From the NCBI GenBank assembly GCA_051362555.1, contig CM120645.1, positions 10,292,001 through 10,356,000 of the forward strand: a stretch of DNA of 64,000 bases. The letters run 5' to 3'. The first letter of the stretch is position 1, and each line of letters opens with the position of its first letter. The DNA is from Lingula anatina. Its lineage: Eukaryota; Animalia; Brachiopoda. The notes under the pieces were generated by a model. It searched no databases. It saw nothing but the letters and a program-made list of their open reading frames with translations, and was not told the origin of the DNA. This document shows positions 11,330-23,522 of the stretch, one piece after another. The position numbers were made by a program, and so were the translations under genes.

Positions 11330-12804
11330 TTAAAAGGTGTCATATTGTTGATGGCCAAACAATGTTCAAGTCTGTGACAAGAAAAGCTTGAGGTACAATA
11401 TGTTTGTTATCGCATTATATCAAACATTTTTGACCTCTCGCGTTGAAGGGTTGAAATATAATTGATATCAGCCGTCAGAGAGGGCAGGAATGTGACCTTT
11501 CCGGTGACATCACGAGGCCAAATAAAATATTTATAATGTAAGCAACTTTAATGCCACGCTGACGAAAGTGCTTGCAGTTGACCTGCCAAGTGTCCATAAA
11601 AAAGATTCTGATATCAGAAGTGCTTTTTTATAACAGCCGAAATCTATCTTAGTGTTCAATGTATGGACCATGAGCGTTACGCATTTTGCTTTTGATGTAT
11701 GTTTTGTGACTTTGTACATGTGTTGAATTTTTAAAAATCAAAGCAACTTGATGTTGCCAAAAAGAAATAACATATGTTAGTTTATCGATAAAGTCAAAAC
11801 ACGGAAACTCTGGGCTCAAATTCCTAAAAGCAGGAGATTTTAATTAAAATGACAAATACCATGTGACATAAATTGAAATTCCAATTATACGAACTCATAC
11901 AAAGACGGGAAGGGTTTGAATTAACGGGCGAATTTGTTACTCAAGCAATAAATAGCGCATTATTCTTCAAGGTCTAAAAATTACGCGACCTCGAGCTCAA
12001 TATCATTTTAAGGTACATGTAATTGGCTGAAGATAAAGATATACAACCTTAAGTCGAATGTTCATTTTTGTATTGTGCAATGCTGAATGGTTTTTGTTTG
12101 AAATACCTTTCATCCATTTAACACATGAGTTCATGTTACTGTGTATTATTGGACCGATTTCATCCATCGTCTTCTCTACCTCGTTACCAGCGTATTTCAA
12201 TTCCATTCATCACAGTCCCTTAATATATTAAATAACTCATTCTTATGGGTTCACGAATGAAAAAATCATGAATCGATACTGATAGAGAACAGCTGAATCG
12301 AACCCGAATGTCATGATCTGGAAATCGTGTTTTAAAGAAAAACAAACCACCGACTCCTTAACAAAAATAAACAATATTTATTTTACATTGTTATTAGAAA
12401 AAAAGACTGTTAGACGGTACTATCCTTTGTCATGAAAATTAAAATATTTAGTCAACGCAATCAAAGAAATCTTTATCGAGCCGCCAATTAATGTACAGAA
12501 TGAATGAATGTACAAACATAAATATTAATAATAAATTTTAATTCAAACGATTTGACTCAATTAATTCGATGACGCATTCCATACAATCCGACAAAATCAA
12601 ACTAGCTCGGGTCAGTTTAACGAACATCATCAGGCTCCAGTCCAGCAGCAAACCACCTCAGCACTTTCCATGCGTACGGACTGGGGTGGTCTAATTTTTG
12701 ACACTTGATAACTTCGATAATATGCTACATAATTACTTCAACTTTTATTTTTTAACACTGCCCGCTGTGATGTAGAGAAACAGAACCTTGTATGATCACT
12801 TTAA
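11330..12804. mobile_element. Possible old TTAA-flanked (Kolobok-like) non-autonomous element, present in all three units
   Basis: Left TTAAAAGGTGTCATA and right TATGATCACTTTAA are imperfect inverted repeats. No coding capacity seen. Confidence 0.3.
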
Positions 12805-13382
12805 TTTCAACTTTAATAAAGTTTAAAAGAAAAAATATTCGTACACAAATTTCGTGCCTTTTAAGTATTCCTTACACACATGTAGTATTTCACCGGGATT
12901 TGTAATGAATCCATTTGTTTTGTTTTATTATAAAGGAATGAATTTTCACATGGAACACATTTACATGTAGATGAATTTGTGCACAGACAATCACGTGATG
13001 AGAAAGACCAATATCTGAGTTGTTCTTCGGTACATTTCCTCTCTGGGATAAAGTTAAAGATTTGTTTCACCAACGTAACGACATTTACTACATTCTTGCC
13101 GTACGTAAATTGACAAGTGATATTCAAATCCTTCAAAATTAGTGCTACTGCTAAAATTCCTGATTTGAAAAAGACACGAGACGCTCTGCTTCAAAGGCGC
13201 GTTGCAACAGAAGTAAAGATTACAAGTTCAATAGCAAATCTGGTTATTATTTTGTTCCAACTTCTTGTAGTTCATGCATTATCAATTAGCAAATATCGTA
13301 ATGTTATTATCTTTTTAGACGCGTTTATCCATATTTGGTGTTTCATAGATAGTGACAGATTTCCGTCTTCTGATTGGTCTTG

Positions 13383-14374
13383 CTATTGTACATGTATGTC
13401 TATGCCTAGCTTACCAAGGGTAGCGTCTCTTAAATGACGCATTTGGCGTTGGAAGATTTGTGTTTGAGCGGTCAAGAAGGCTGTGCTACTCCATCCGCTT
13501 TCTTCGTAATCAGGAGGCGAGTCCACGGAGTCCTCATCATCTCTCCTCAGACATGCACAACAGCAGCAAAAGCAGCAGCAAACGGTGGCCAGACCACCGA
13601 AGACATTGAGAGTGATCGCAGCAGCGTAGTTGACAACACCTTGACACACCTGTAAAAGCGACATACCTGTAAATATACAAAGTGTGCTTGTGGGGATAAA
13701 GTTACTAGAGTTTAATGCGTGTTAAACATGTAGCTTCACATAGTTAAAATAGTATTTTTTTGAGAAATTTTAGCAATTTTCCAAGGTACATATGTATACC
13801 TATTTAATAACAATATTACAAAACATAAATCTTTTAAACTTTTAATATCTATAAACTTTATTATTTACTGTCACGAAAATTCGCCAATCTTCATTTAAGT
13901 TACAAGATTGGCCTAAAATGAAAAATTGGACCTATTAAGTCGATTTTTAGATCGTAATTTGTGAACGGTTTGGTCGCAGAATACTTGCTACTGCATATAT
14001 ACATGTATCATAACATATATATTAGCTGTTCACATTACTTGAAGACTGAAAGCGGCTATTTAAAGAGTGAAATCACCAATGAAAAGCACCTCAGGTATCG
14101 TTCAAGGATTGTTTAGTTCCGGCAATCTGAACCGAAATCGCCAAATATGTTGAATTTTGATGCGTACTGCAGCTCATTTGGGCAGTGTTCTCGACATTGA
14201 TCTAATTATTATTATTTTTTAGAAGAAATGTGATGCTGACCAAGACTGTACCTTTTTCTCAGGGCGTATATCGGCATCCAGACACAGTTTTCCGAATGTC
14301 AGACCGCAGACTGCTAGAGCTACGACTGCCAGCCAAATACAGCATCCACAAAATGCAACTGCCTTATCACCCAT
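13383..14374 (-). CDS. Gene A2: 129-aa two-TM poly-Cys PPDY protein (exons 14374-14252, 13649-13383)
   Basis: Exon 1 MGDKAVAFCGCCIWLAVVALAVCGLTFGKLCLDADIRPEKK|gtacag. Acceptor ttttacag|VCQGVVNYAAAITLNVFGGLATVCCCFCCCCACL...PPDYEESGW...HVQ*. Confidence 0.82.
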
Positions 14375-14510
14375 GTTTGAAACCAACTATTCGCCGTGAA
14401 CACACTTGAATTTATCTATCTGTTTCAGGAAAATGGCCCTAGGACAAAACGTAACGCACGGTAATGTACATGTTAACCGGAAGCAATAAACAATCAGTTC
14501 AATTTTACGG

Positions 14511-14686
14511 CAGGGCTTATCCAGAGATATGGCAGAGATATGGAAGTTTTCCAAATTAACTTTGTTGATCCATCCTCCATTTTTGACCGACTTCCGAGAG
14601 AAAAAAAAAATAGATACCCGTCAATGTTAACTTGGAAATCTGACCGTCTTCAGGAAGACCCGGAAGACGGCCTCAACCCGCCCCTG
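14511..14686. mobile_element. MITE, CAGGGGCGG-ended family
   Basis: CAGGGCTTATCCAG...CAACCCGCCCCTG, flanked by TACGG/AACGG. Orthologous position to 8263-8405. Confidence 0.75.
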
Positions 14687-15415
14687 AACGGTTGTTCAAA
14701 AGGCAAGGTACAGACTCTAGAGAACAACTATAGTGACGTCATTTTATAATCTAGGTTACTCACATGCATAAGTATTTGTAACTGTTGGCATAATGTGAAA
14801 AATTGCCAAATCAAAAATGCGTTTCCTGTATTGGCCATTATTGGAGCCATTAAATGTCTACATGCACATGACACAGGTAGTTGAAGGGCTCATTCCCAAT
14901 GAAAACATAGTTCTACATAGATCGACCCAACTCCGAGGGGACTCACTGAATGCAATCAAATTAGCAGACTTACCAGTACAAGCCTCCCGGTGTTTTCAAC
15001 GTATAATCAGCAGCTTTTCTGTAATCTACTCATCTACAAGAAGTTGCTTCTTAATACGCTTGAATTTAGCAAGATTTTCATCGAGAACAGCTGAAATTGA
15101 TGATACGCCTAGCTTCTTCAGGCCGTTAAGAATGTGACATCATTTAAGTCGATAGTGCTTATACTCCGTCTATACATAATTCATTGGCCTGGGGTTATGC
15201 GACAACCCCAGTATGATAATTAAACTTTTTAACGTGTCCTTAACTGTCAGTTATATACCTGTCATGACCCATTTCTGAGGACAAACCCGGATCAACATTT
15301 CAAAGAAAGAGTATACGGAACGCATAAAAAAGGGACTGAGCCATCGCTATGTATTTGTCTCGTTTTCAGCCTCCCGTCCATACTATAAAGAAGGAAGTGA
15401 AAGCCCCTAACAAAG

Positions 15416-16586
15416 ATGTCAGAGGAGAGATGTCCCAATTGCTGCGGCTGCTTCACGTGTCTGGTGGTCCTAGCCGTGGGGGTGTGTGGGTGGACGTTCG
15501 GCATAGGGTGCCTGCAGGACGACCACAGGGCCACCCGGGGGGTAATGTTTGTTTATATGTGTGTGTTTGTTGATAACGTAAAAAGTACCGTATCCCAGTT
15601 AGGTTCGGCCCTGTTTCGTAGTTTCACAGCCAAATCATAACTGCATAAGACCTACGTCTCACGAAGTACATGTACCATACTGAAAAAGAGGAGCATTCTC
15701 TTCGTCTTCTTCTTACAAGTGGTTAAGCCAGGTGATCCTCGTACAGGAGCGTAGGAGGCAAATTCCTAGTGCGTACAGTGCGTGCGTGCGTGTGTTTGCG
15801 CCCCTCCCACACGTTAGTCTTATCAAAATGCCCCAAGAAAGCTCTGCATTTTTACCTGTGTGTTGTATTGCATCAGTCATGATATTTGTAAAGTGTATGA
15901 GTAGTGTCCCTTTGAGAGACCGCTTTACTTTATTCTGTAAACACCAAGCAATATTATAAGTGGCCTAACTACATGTATAGGCCTACAGCTCGATCGCTTT
16001 ATTAAAGGGTTCACCTAGTTTTTGATGGCACCACTTGACAATAGAATTACAGATGCGACAAGTCTGTAATTATGCAATGGTCTTACCAGAATAATGATAT
16101 TCGAATTTACTTTAGTTTTACAGCTGTGCCTCTTCTGTCCTTCAAAAGGTTATTTTATTTCCTGTAAAAACTGCAGAGATTAAAGCTGATTCCCAAACTG
16201 TGCAACACACTATTAAATCGGTGTATGGACAGCCATTAACTCGATATTAACAGCTCAAAATAAAAATCCTGGTGTAAAAATACAAACTGATACATATATA
16301 AATGATCTCTTTCTTTTTACAGTACTGTTCAGGAGTTGTCAGCAGAGGGGCAGCCATCACACTTATCATTATGGGAACCATCGCCATGGCCCTCATTTTG
16401 TGCTGTTGCTGTATCGGCTGCTGCACGAAAGATGGCGCTCTAGACACCCGAGACCCCATCCGAGACCCTCCTCCTTACCAAGAAAGCAACCTTGCTTTCT
16501 GGACAGAACCATCTCGCATACTTATAAGGGACATTAGAAACGTTCGCCAAGTAGCTGTTGTGAGGCTTGGATACTCGGAAATTTGA
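15416..16586 (+). CDS. Gene B2: 129-aa two-TM poly-Cys PPPY protein (exons 15416-15541, 16323-16586)
   Basis: Intact GT-AG phase-0 intron. Protein differs from B1 at 6 positions by my manual comparison. Confidence 0.85.
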
Positions 16587-17202
16587 TTTCCACAGTTAAA
16601 CATGCTCAAGAACTGGTAGATCTTTTAAAAATTGATGGCTGAGTATGCATCTTAATGATGCCAATTTTTGTGCTTTGAGCACATGCAAAACGTTGACAAA
16701 ATATTTTGTTTTGTCAGAAAAATAATGTCTGTGATTTGCAGTTTTTTTACATTATTTTTACAACAATTAACGGCGCTTTGATGAGTGCCAGTGAACTTTT
16801 TTTTATGTTGATACGACGATCAAATTGAACTTCATGTATTCGAATACTGCATTTCAATTTTAATTCCAACATAAAGCTTAATTTGGGCTTCGGAATGTAA
16901 ATGCACTGTACATTTTGATAAAAATATTGGACACGACTGGGGAAAAAAGGGAGACTGAAAGAAATGTTTTTGTGTGAAAAAGTACATTTAGAAATCAATG
17001 TCGAAATCATTGACAGTTTATAGTGTTGTTATGTCATTTTAACAAAGATTGTGAGATGAGAAAAGACTGAAGTTTAAGAAAAGTGATTTTTAAAAACTTT
17101 ACCTCCCACATTCTGAAATGCATAAGTTGAGACGGATCTATGAGCTAGCAGTTCGTTCCGTCTTCTCTACCGCATTCAAAACCTGGTGCAATGCACTATA
17201 CT

Positions 17203-17241
<39 letters not shown>

Positions 17242-19520
17242 CATTCAAGGAACACTTCTAACAGGTTGATTGGTCATAGTAATTTATAAGACTGTTACGC
17301 AGCAAATCAATTATTTATATTGCAGTTGGGTTTCAATCTATCGGATCAATAAAGATGCATATTAAAAGATTTAAAAGTGTCATATTGTTGATGGCCAAAC
17401 AATGTTCAAGTCTATGACAAGAAAAGCTTGAGTTACAATATGTTTGTTATCGCATTATTTCAAACATTTTTGACCTCTCGCGTTGAAGGGTTGAAATATA
17501 ATTGATATCAGCCGTCAGAGAGGGCAGGGATGTGACCTTGCCGGTGACATCAGGAGGCCAAATACTATATTTATAATGTAAACAATTTTAATGCCGCGCT
17601 GTCGAAAGTGCATGCAGTTGACCTGTCAAGTGTCGATAAAAAAGAATCTGATATCAGAATAGCTTTTTTATAGCTGCTCAAATCTATCTTAATGTTAAAT
17701 GTATGGACTATGAGCGTTACGCATTTTGCTTTTGACATATGTTTTGTGACTTTGTACATGTGTAGGATTTTTTTAAAATCAAATTAACTTGATGTTGCCA
17801 AAAAGAATTAACATCTGTTAGTTTATCGATAAAGTCAAAACACGGAAACTAAGGGCTCGTATTCCTAAAAGCAGGAGATTTTAATTAAATGACAAATACC
17901 ATGTGACATAAATTGAAATTCCAATTATACGAACACATGCAAAGAGGGGAAGGGTTTGAATTAACGGGCGAATTTGTTACTCAAGCAATAAATAGTGCAT
18001 TATTCTTCAAGGTTGTAAAATTATGCGACCTCGAGCTCAATATCATTTTAAGGTATATGTAATTCGCTGAAGATATAGATAAACACCCTTAAGTCGAATG
18101 TTCTTTTTTGTATTGTGAAATGCTGAAAGGTTTGTGATTAAAATACCTTTCATCCATTGAACACAGGAGTTCATGACACTTGTATTATTGGGCAGATTGC
18201 ATCCCTCCCCTTCTCTACCACGTTACCAGCGTATTTCTATTCCATTCTTCGCACTCCCTTAATATATTAAATAACCCTTTCTTATGGGTTCACGAATGAA
18301 AAATGAATGAATCGATACTGATAGAGAACAGCTGATTTGAACCCGTATCATGATCTCGAAAACGTGTTTTAAAGAAAAACAAACCACCGATTCCTTAACA
18401 AAAATAAACAATATTTATTTTACATTGTTATTTTGATATGCATTTGTAAATGATAAAAAAGAGACTGTTAGACAGTACTATCCTTTTTCATGAAAATTAA
18501 AGTATTTTTAAAATTAAAATCAACGCAATCAAAGAGATCTTTATCGATCCGCCAGTTAATTGAATGTACAGACATAAATATTAATAATAAATTTTAATTC
18601 ATAAAACGATTTGACTCAATTAATTGGATCACACATTCCATACAGTCCGACAAAATCAAACATCAGGCTCCAGGCCAGCAGCAGACCACCTCAGCACTCT
18701 AACTTTCCATTCGCACGGGAGACCCTGGACTGGGATGGTCTAACTTTTGACACCTAATAACTTCGATAATATGCTACATAATTACTTTAACTTAAGCTAA
18801 TGTGCTTTTAATTTTAACACTGCCCTCTGCCATGTAGAGAAACAGAACCTAGTATGATCACCTTAATTTCAACATTTAATAAAGTTTAAAAGAAAAAAGG
18901 AAACAATATTCATACACGTACATACATGTAGTATTTCACCGGGATTTGTAATGAATCCATTGTCTTTTTCTAAAAGCATGAATTTTCACATGAAACATAT
19001 ATAGATAGATTTGTATTGCTGTAGCACCGGTACTATAGTAGTGTCCGCTTGACATAACCCAACCTTGTGCAGCTTTGTTTGCAATCTGTGCTGAAAAATG
19101 CACAGACAGTCATGTGATGAGAAAGACCAATATATGAGTTGTTCTTCGGTACATTTCCTTCCTGGGATGAATGTTAAGATCACCAACGTAACGACATTTA
19201 CTACATTCTTGCCGTACGTAAATTGACAAGTGATATTCAAATTCATTGCAAGTGATATTCAAATTTTCAAATTTAGTGCAACTGCTAAAATTCCTGATTT
19301 AAAAGTAGATATGAGACCCCGCTGCTTCAAAGGCGCGTTGCAACTGAAGTGAAGATTACAAATTCAATAGCAAATCTGGTTATTATTTTGTTCCATATCC
19401 TTGTAGTACATGCATTATCAATAAGCAAGAGTTTAGTCATAGTTTTTCGCTTTTTATAAGCGTTTATCAATATTTGTTCTTTCATAGATAGTGACAGTTT
19501 TCCGACATCTCATTGGTATT

Positions 19521-20895
19521 TCTATTCGTTGTTCATATTTTTCAGGCGTAGCTTACCCATGGAAAAGTGTCTTATAACGTGGATTTTTCGTACGACGGTG
19601 TGTGTAGGCGCTCAAGAAAGCTGTGCTACTCCATCCGCGTTCTTCGTAAACTGGGGCCGGTTTCACAAAGCAGTAGTTAGTTAGAACAACTAACTACTGA
19701 ACTACCTCGCTAACGAGCAAACTTAGCGATTTTCGAGGGGTGTTTCACGAAGCAGTAGTTAACTTATCGCTAAGTTCAGTCGTAAAGTTCGGTCGTTAGT
19801 TCTCTCGTTACTCACCGTAGTCTCGAAACCGTCTGCCGGAAGTGGAACTCTTGCGTAAAAGTGTCACGAAAGCACTAATTCTCCAATTTTTGGTGGCTGG
19901 AAATGCATAAGAACGTCTGCTTTGAGGTCGTTGTAAAGGATCTCCACCACCTTTTTGCCGCTCTTTTTGTCACAGCTAGGCGCAACCTCTCGTAAATTGC
20001 ATCATCGTGTGTATATTCTAATAGATTCTGCCTTTTATGAAAACGTCGTAGTCTACGTTGCCGTCTGGCGGTACGGATAGCAAGAAAGGTAGCCGCCATA
20101 TTGGATACAAAGACAAACGACAGACAACGGTAACTAAGCAACCTTTTTATTTCACTCATTACGCATGCGTACGATGAAACTCTAGAGTTAGCGACTGGTC
20201 TGACCAGTCGTTAAATATCCAAGGTAACAACGAGACAATAACGAGCGAGAGAACTAGCGACTACTTCGTGAAACGGCACTATAACTAGCGAGAGGCTAAC
20301 TACCGATCGCTAACTAACTACTGCTTTGTGAAACCGGCCCCTGCTTTGTTTGAAAACAGCCGCAACAGCAGAAGAAGAAGGTGGCCAGTCCACCGAAGAC
20401 AATGAGGGTGATCGCAGCACCATCGCTGACAACTCCCTGACACACCTTCAAAAGAAAAACTAATTTTCAAGGTGGCTTGTGGGAATATAGTTGGTAGAGT
20501 TAAATGCACACAATATGCGTTATTTCTTTACATAGCAAAAAGAGTATTATGACTTACATATTAGCTGCTTAAATGAATTGAAATCGCCTTTTAAACGGTG
20601 AAATCACCAGTGAAAAACACTTCATGTATATTTTAAGGTTTGTTTAGTTCGGGCAATCTGAACTTGATAGCAAAAGCTGTTGAATTTCGATGCTCATTAC
20701 ACCTCATATGGGCAATGTTCTATACATCTAAATCTCTCTCCCATTGATCTTTTTTTATGTATGACACTGTACCTTGTTCTCCATGCGTTTATCGGCATTC
20801 AGACACAGTATGCCGAATGTCAGACCACAGACTGCTAGAGCTATGATTCCCAATAAATAACAGCAGGCACAACATCCACCTCTGTTTTCACCCAT
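19521..20895 (-). pseudogene. Gene A3 pseudogene: exon 1 intact (20895-20773), exon 2 (from 20445) interrupted by a Harbinger element
   Basis: Exon 1 MGENRGGCCACCYLLGIIALAVCGLTFGILCLNADKRMENK. Exon 2 is split at 19654-20340, lacks the DDED..PP segment and is out of frame with the YEExGW tail. Confidence 0.85.
19654..20340 (-). mobile_element. Non-autonomous PIF/Harbinger DNA transposon (internally deleted)
   Basis: Perfect TIRs GGGCCGGTTTCACAAAGCAGTAGTTAGTTAG / CTAACTAACTACTGCTTTGTGAAACCGGCCC and 3-bp CTG (CWG) target duplication. Internal MAATFLAIRTARRQRRLRRFHKRQNLLEYTHDDAIYERLRL resembles a Harbinger transposase N-terminus. Confidence 0.88.
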
Positions 20896-20921
20896 GTTTG
20901 AAATCAACTATTCACCGTGGA

Positions 20922-21266
20922 TACAATTGAACTTTTCTATCTGTTCCAGAAAAAGGGACCAAGGACAAAAAGCAACACATATACATGTAGCTATAAACAG
21001 AGAGCATCTTGAGATAAGAGCAAACAATTAGTTCAGATTAACGGTATTGTTCTAAGGGCATGGTACAAATTCTACAAAAACCACTATTGTGACGTCATTT
21101 TTCACCTTGAACACAACTGAATTTATCTATCTGTTCCAGAAAAATGACAAAACGCAACGCACAAAAGCATCTTGAGATAAGAGCAAACAATTAGTTCAGA
21201 TTAACGGTATTGTTTCAACGAGCATGGTACAGATTCTTAAAAACCACTATTGTGACGTCATTTTAT
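20922..21266. repeat. Local tandem duplication (~160-190 bp x2) upstream of A3
   Basis: ACAA(T/C)TGAA..TCTATCTGTTCCAGAAAAA ... CCACTATTGTGACGTCATTTTT occurs twice. Confidence 0.8.
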
Positions 21267-21363
21267 AATCTATGTTATTCACATGCATAGATGTTTCTAA
21301 CCGTAGACAAAATGTGGTAAAATACAAAATCAAAGATGCGTGTATTGCATAAGGCTTAGAAAT

Positions 21364-22021
21364 AATAATAATCTTTATTGAGCAACTAAAATGTGTATAT
21401 GTTACATTTTACAGGCTTTCTACACTAGTCATAACATCTTAATAACAATTATACAAATCTATACAAATACTTATGGAATGATTACTGGGAAGCAGCACAG
21501 AATAAAACGATTATTGCTATTGATGGGTTTGTCGTTTTTTCAAACTTTCAGTTATATATAGATGTAATGTTCTCAAGCACGATTCTCTTTTTGGACTGAG
21601 CAGGTACTGAATTTTTTCATCTGTTTTCTGCTCAGGAGGTATCATTAGTCCACTTCTTCTGTCACTATGTTCTTCACATTTCAGTAGGAAGTGGATTTCC
21701 GTTTCAATTTCATTTCAGTGGGTGCACTTGCGATAGGGGTTTTAGGGGACGTATAGCGGCCACGTTCAATTTTTAATTCGTGGTCACTAATCCGCATTTT
21801 TGCAATAGTCTTCATTTCTGATTGTGAGACTTTCATTAACAGATATTTTTCAGGGGTGTAAGTAAAGTAAGTTAAGTAATCTGTATGTCCTAAGTTTACT
21901 GTAGTTATCACTTTCCAGGTCTTGCCAAAATAGTTCCTCAATTTTATTGTTGATTGCATCTCTTAGGTTTTCAAAGTTACCTAGTGTTTGTATATTAGTT
22001 TTATGACCCAGACCCCAACAC
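21364..22021 (-). mobile_element. 5'-truncated non-LTR retrotransposon (LINE) 3' fragment
   Basis: KMRISDHELKIERGRY plus frameshifted C..NEIETEIHFLLKC zinc-knuckle-like C-terminus. Minus-strand AATAAA followed by an (ATT)n tail. Absent from unit 1 (GGCTTAGAAAT|GGAGTCATT); short AAAT duplication. Confidence 0.82.
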
Positions 22022-22517
22022 AAATAGAGCCATTAAAACAGAAAGCTATTATGTCATCAAATGCCTACATGCACTCTGACGCGTGTAATATAAGACATGC
22101 ATGCACACACTAAGGGAGCGCGAACACGCATCAGCTGAAATTCAATAGGGTCCTCTCATGGCAGTTCTTTTAAGAAAAACGTGATAAAACGCGACATCAT
22201 TTCAGTCATTAGTGCTTATACTCCGTCTATACATAATTCATTGGCCTCGGGTCATGCGACAACCCCAGTGTGATAATCAAACTTTTTATCGTGCCCTTAT
22301 GTGTCTCTTATATGTCAGTCATGACAACTTTTCGAGGGCATGCTAAACAAACCCTTTCAACAAAGGGTATGCGTAACGCAAAAACAAGGGGGGGGGGGGG
22401 GGGGCTGAGACATCGCCGCGTATAGGTCTCGTTTTCAGCCTCCCGTCCATACCATCAACATGCGGAACCTCCCGATAAACGACATTCCTTTCCGGGAAGT
22501 GAAATCCACTAACAAAG

Positions 22518-23442
22518 ATGTCAGAGGAGAGATGTCCCGATTGCTGCGGCTAGTGCACGTGTCTGGTCGTCCTGGCCCTGGGGGTGTGTGGGTGGCCGTT
22601 CGGCATAGGCTGCCTGCAGGACGACGACAGGGCCACCCGGGGGGTAATGTTTATATATATGTGTGTGTGTGTTTGTTGATAACGCTTAAAAAGTACTGTG
22701 CCCCACTTAGGTTATTCCGTAGTTTCACAACAAAATGATAACTGCATAAGACCTACTAGTAAGTCTCACGAAGTACAATAACCATACTGCAAAAGAGTAT
22801 AGTTCTTGCATGTTCTTCTTACGGGTGGTTAAAATCCAGGTAACCCTCGTTCAGGAGCGTAGGAGACAAATTTTAAGTGCGTGTCTGTGTTTCCGCCCCC
22901 CCCCCCCCCCACACACACACACGTCAGTCTTAACAAAATATCCCAAGAAAGCTCTGCCTGTGTGTTGTATTGCATCAGTCCTGTTATGTGAAACGTGTGA
23001 GTTGTGTCCCTTTGAGAGACCGCTTTACTTTATTCCGTAAACACTAAGCAGGATTATAAGTGACCTAAGTAGGCCTATACCGCTCGATCGCTTTATTAAA
23101 GCGGTGGACCTAGTTTTTAATGGCACCACTTGACAATAGAAATACAAATGCGACAAGTCTGTAATAATGCAATGGTTTTACCAGGATAATGATATTCGAG
23201 TTTACTTTACTTTTTCAGCTGTGCCTCTTCTGTCCTTCAAAAGCTTATTTTATTTCCTGTAAAAAACTGCAGGGATTAAAGATGATTCCTATTTTGTGCA
23301 ACCCACTATTAAAACGGTTCCCAGACAGCCATCAACACACTGTTAACAGCTCAAAATAAAAATCCCAGTGTATATATATATATACAAAATGATTCATATG
23401 TAAATGATCTCTTCCTTTTTACAGTACTGTTCAGAAGTTGTC
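22518..23442 (+). pseudogene. Gene B3 pseudogene
   Basis: TGG>TAG nonsense at codon 12 (22551-22553). Exon 2 is deleted after ~18 nt (TACTGTTCAGAAGTTGTC|CGTCTTCTCTACC), removing ~0.8 kb relative to units 1 and 2. Confidence 0.88.
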
Positions 23443-23486
23443 CGTCTTCTCTACCGCATTCAAAACCTGGTGCAATGCACTATACT

Positions 23487-23522
<36 letters not shown>

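Noticed and set aside
8590-15137. Similar ORFs at 8590-8826 and 14817-15137 (and related 40638-40928)
   Set aside because: Similarity is explained by the segmental duplication and a dispersed palindromic repeat; starts and stops are not conserved.
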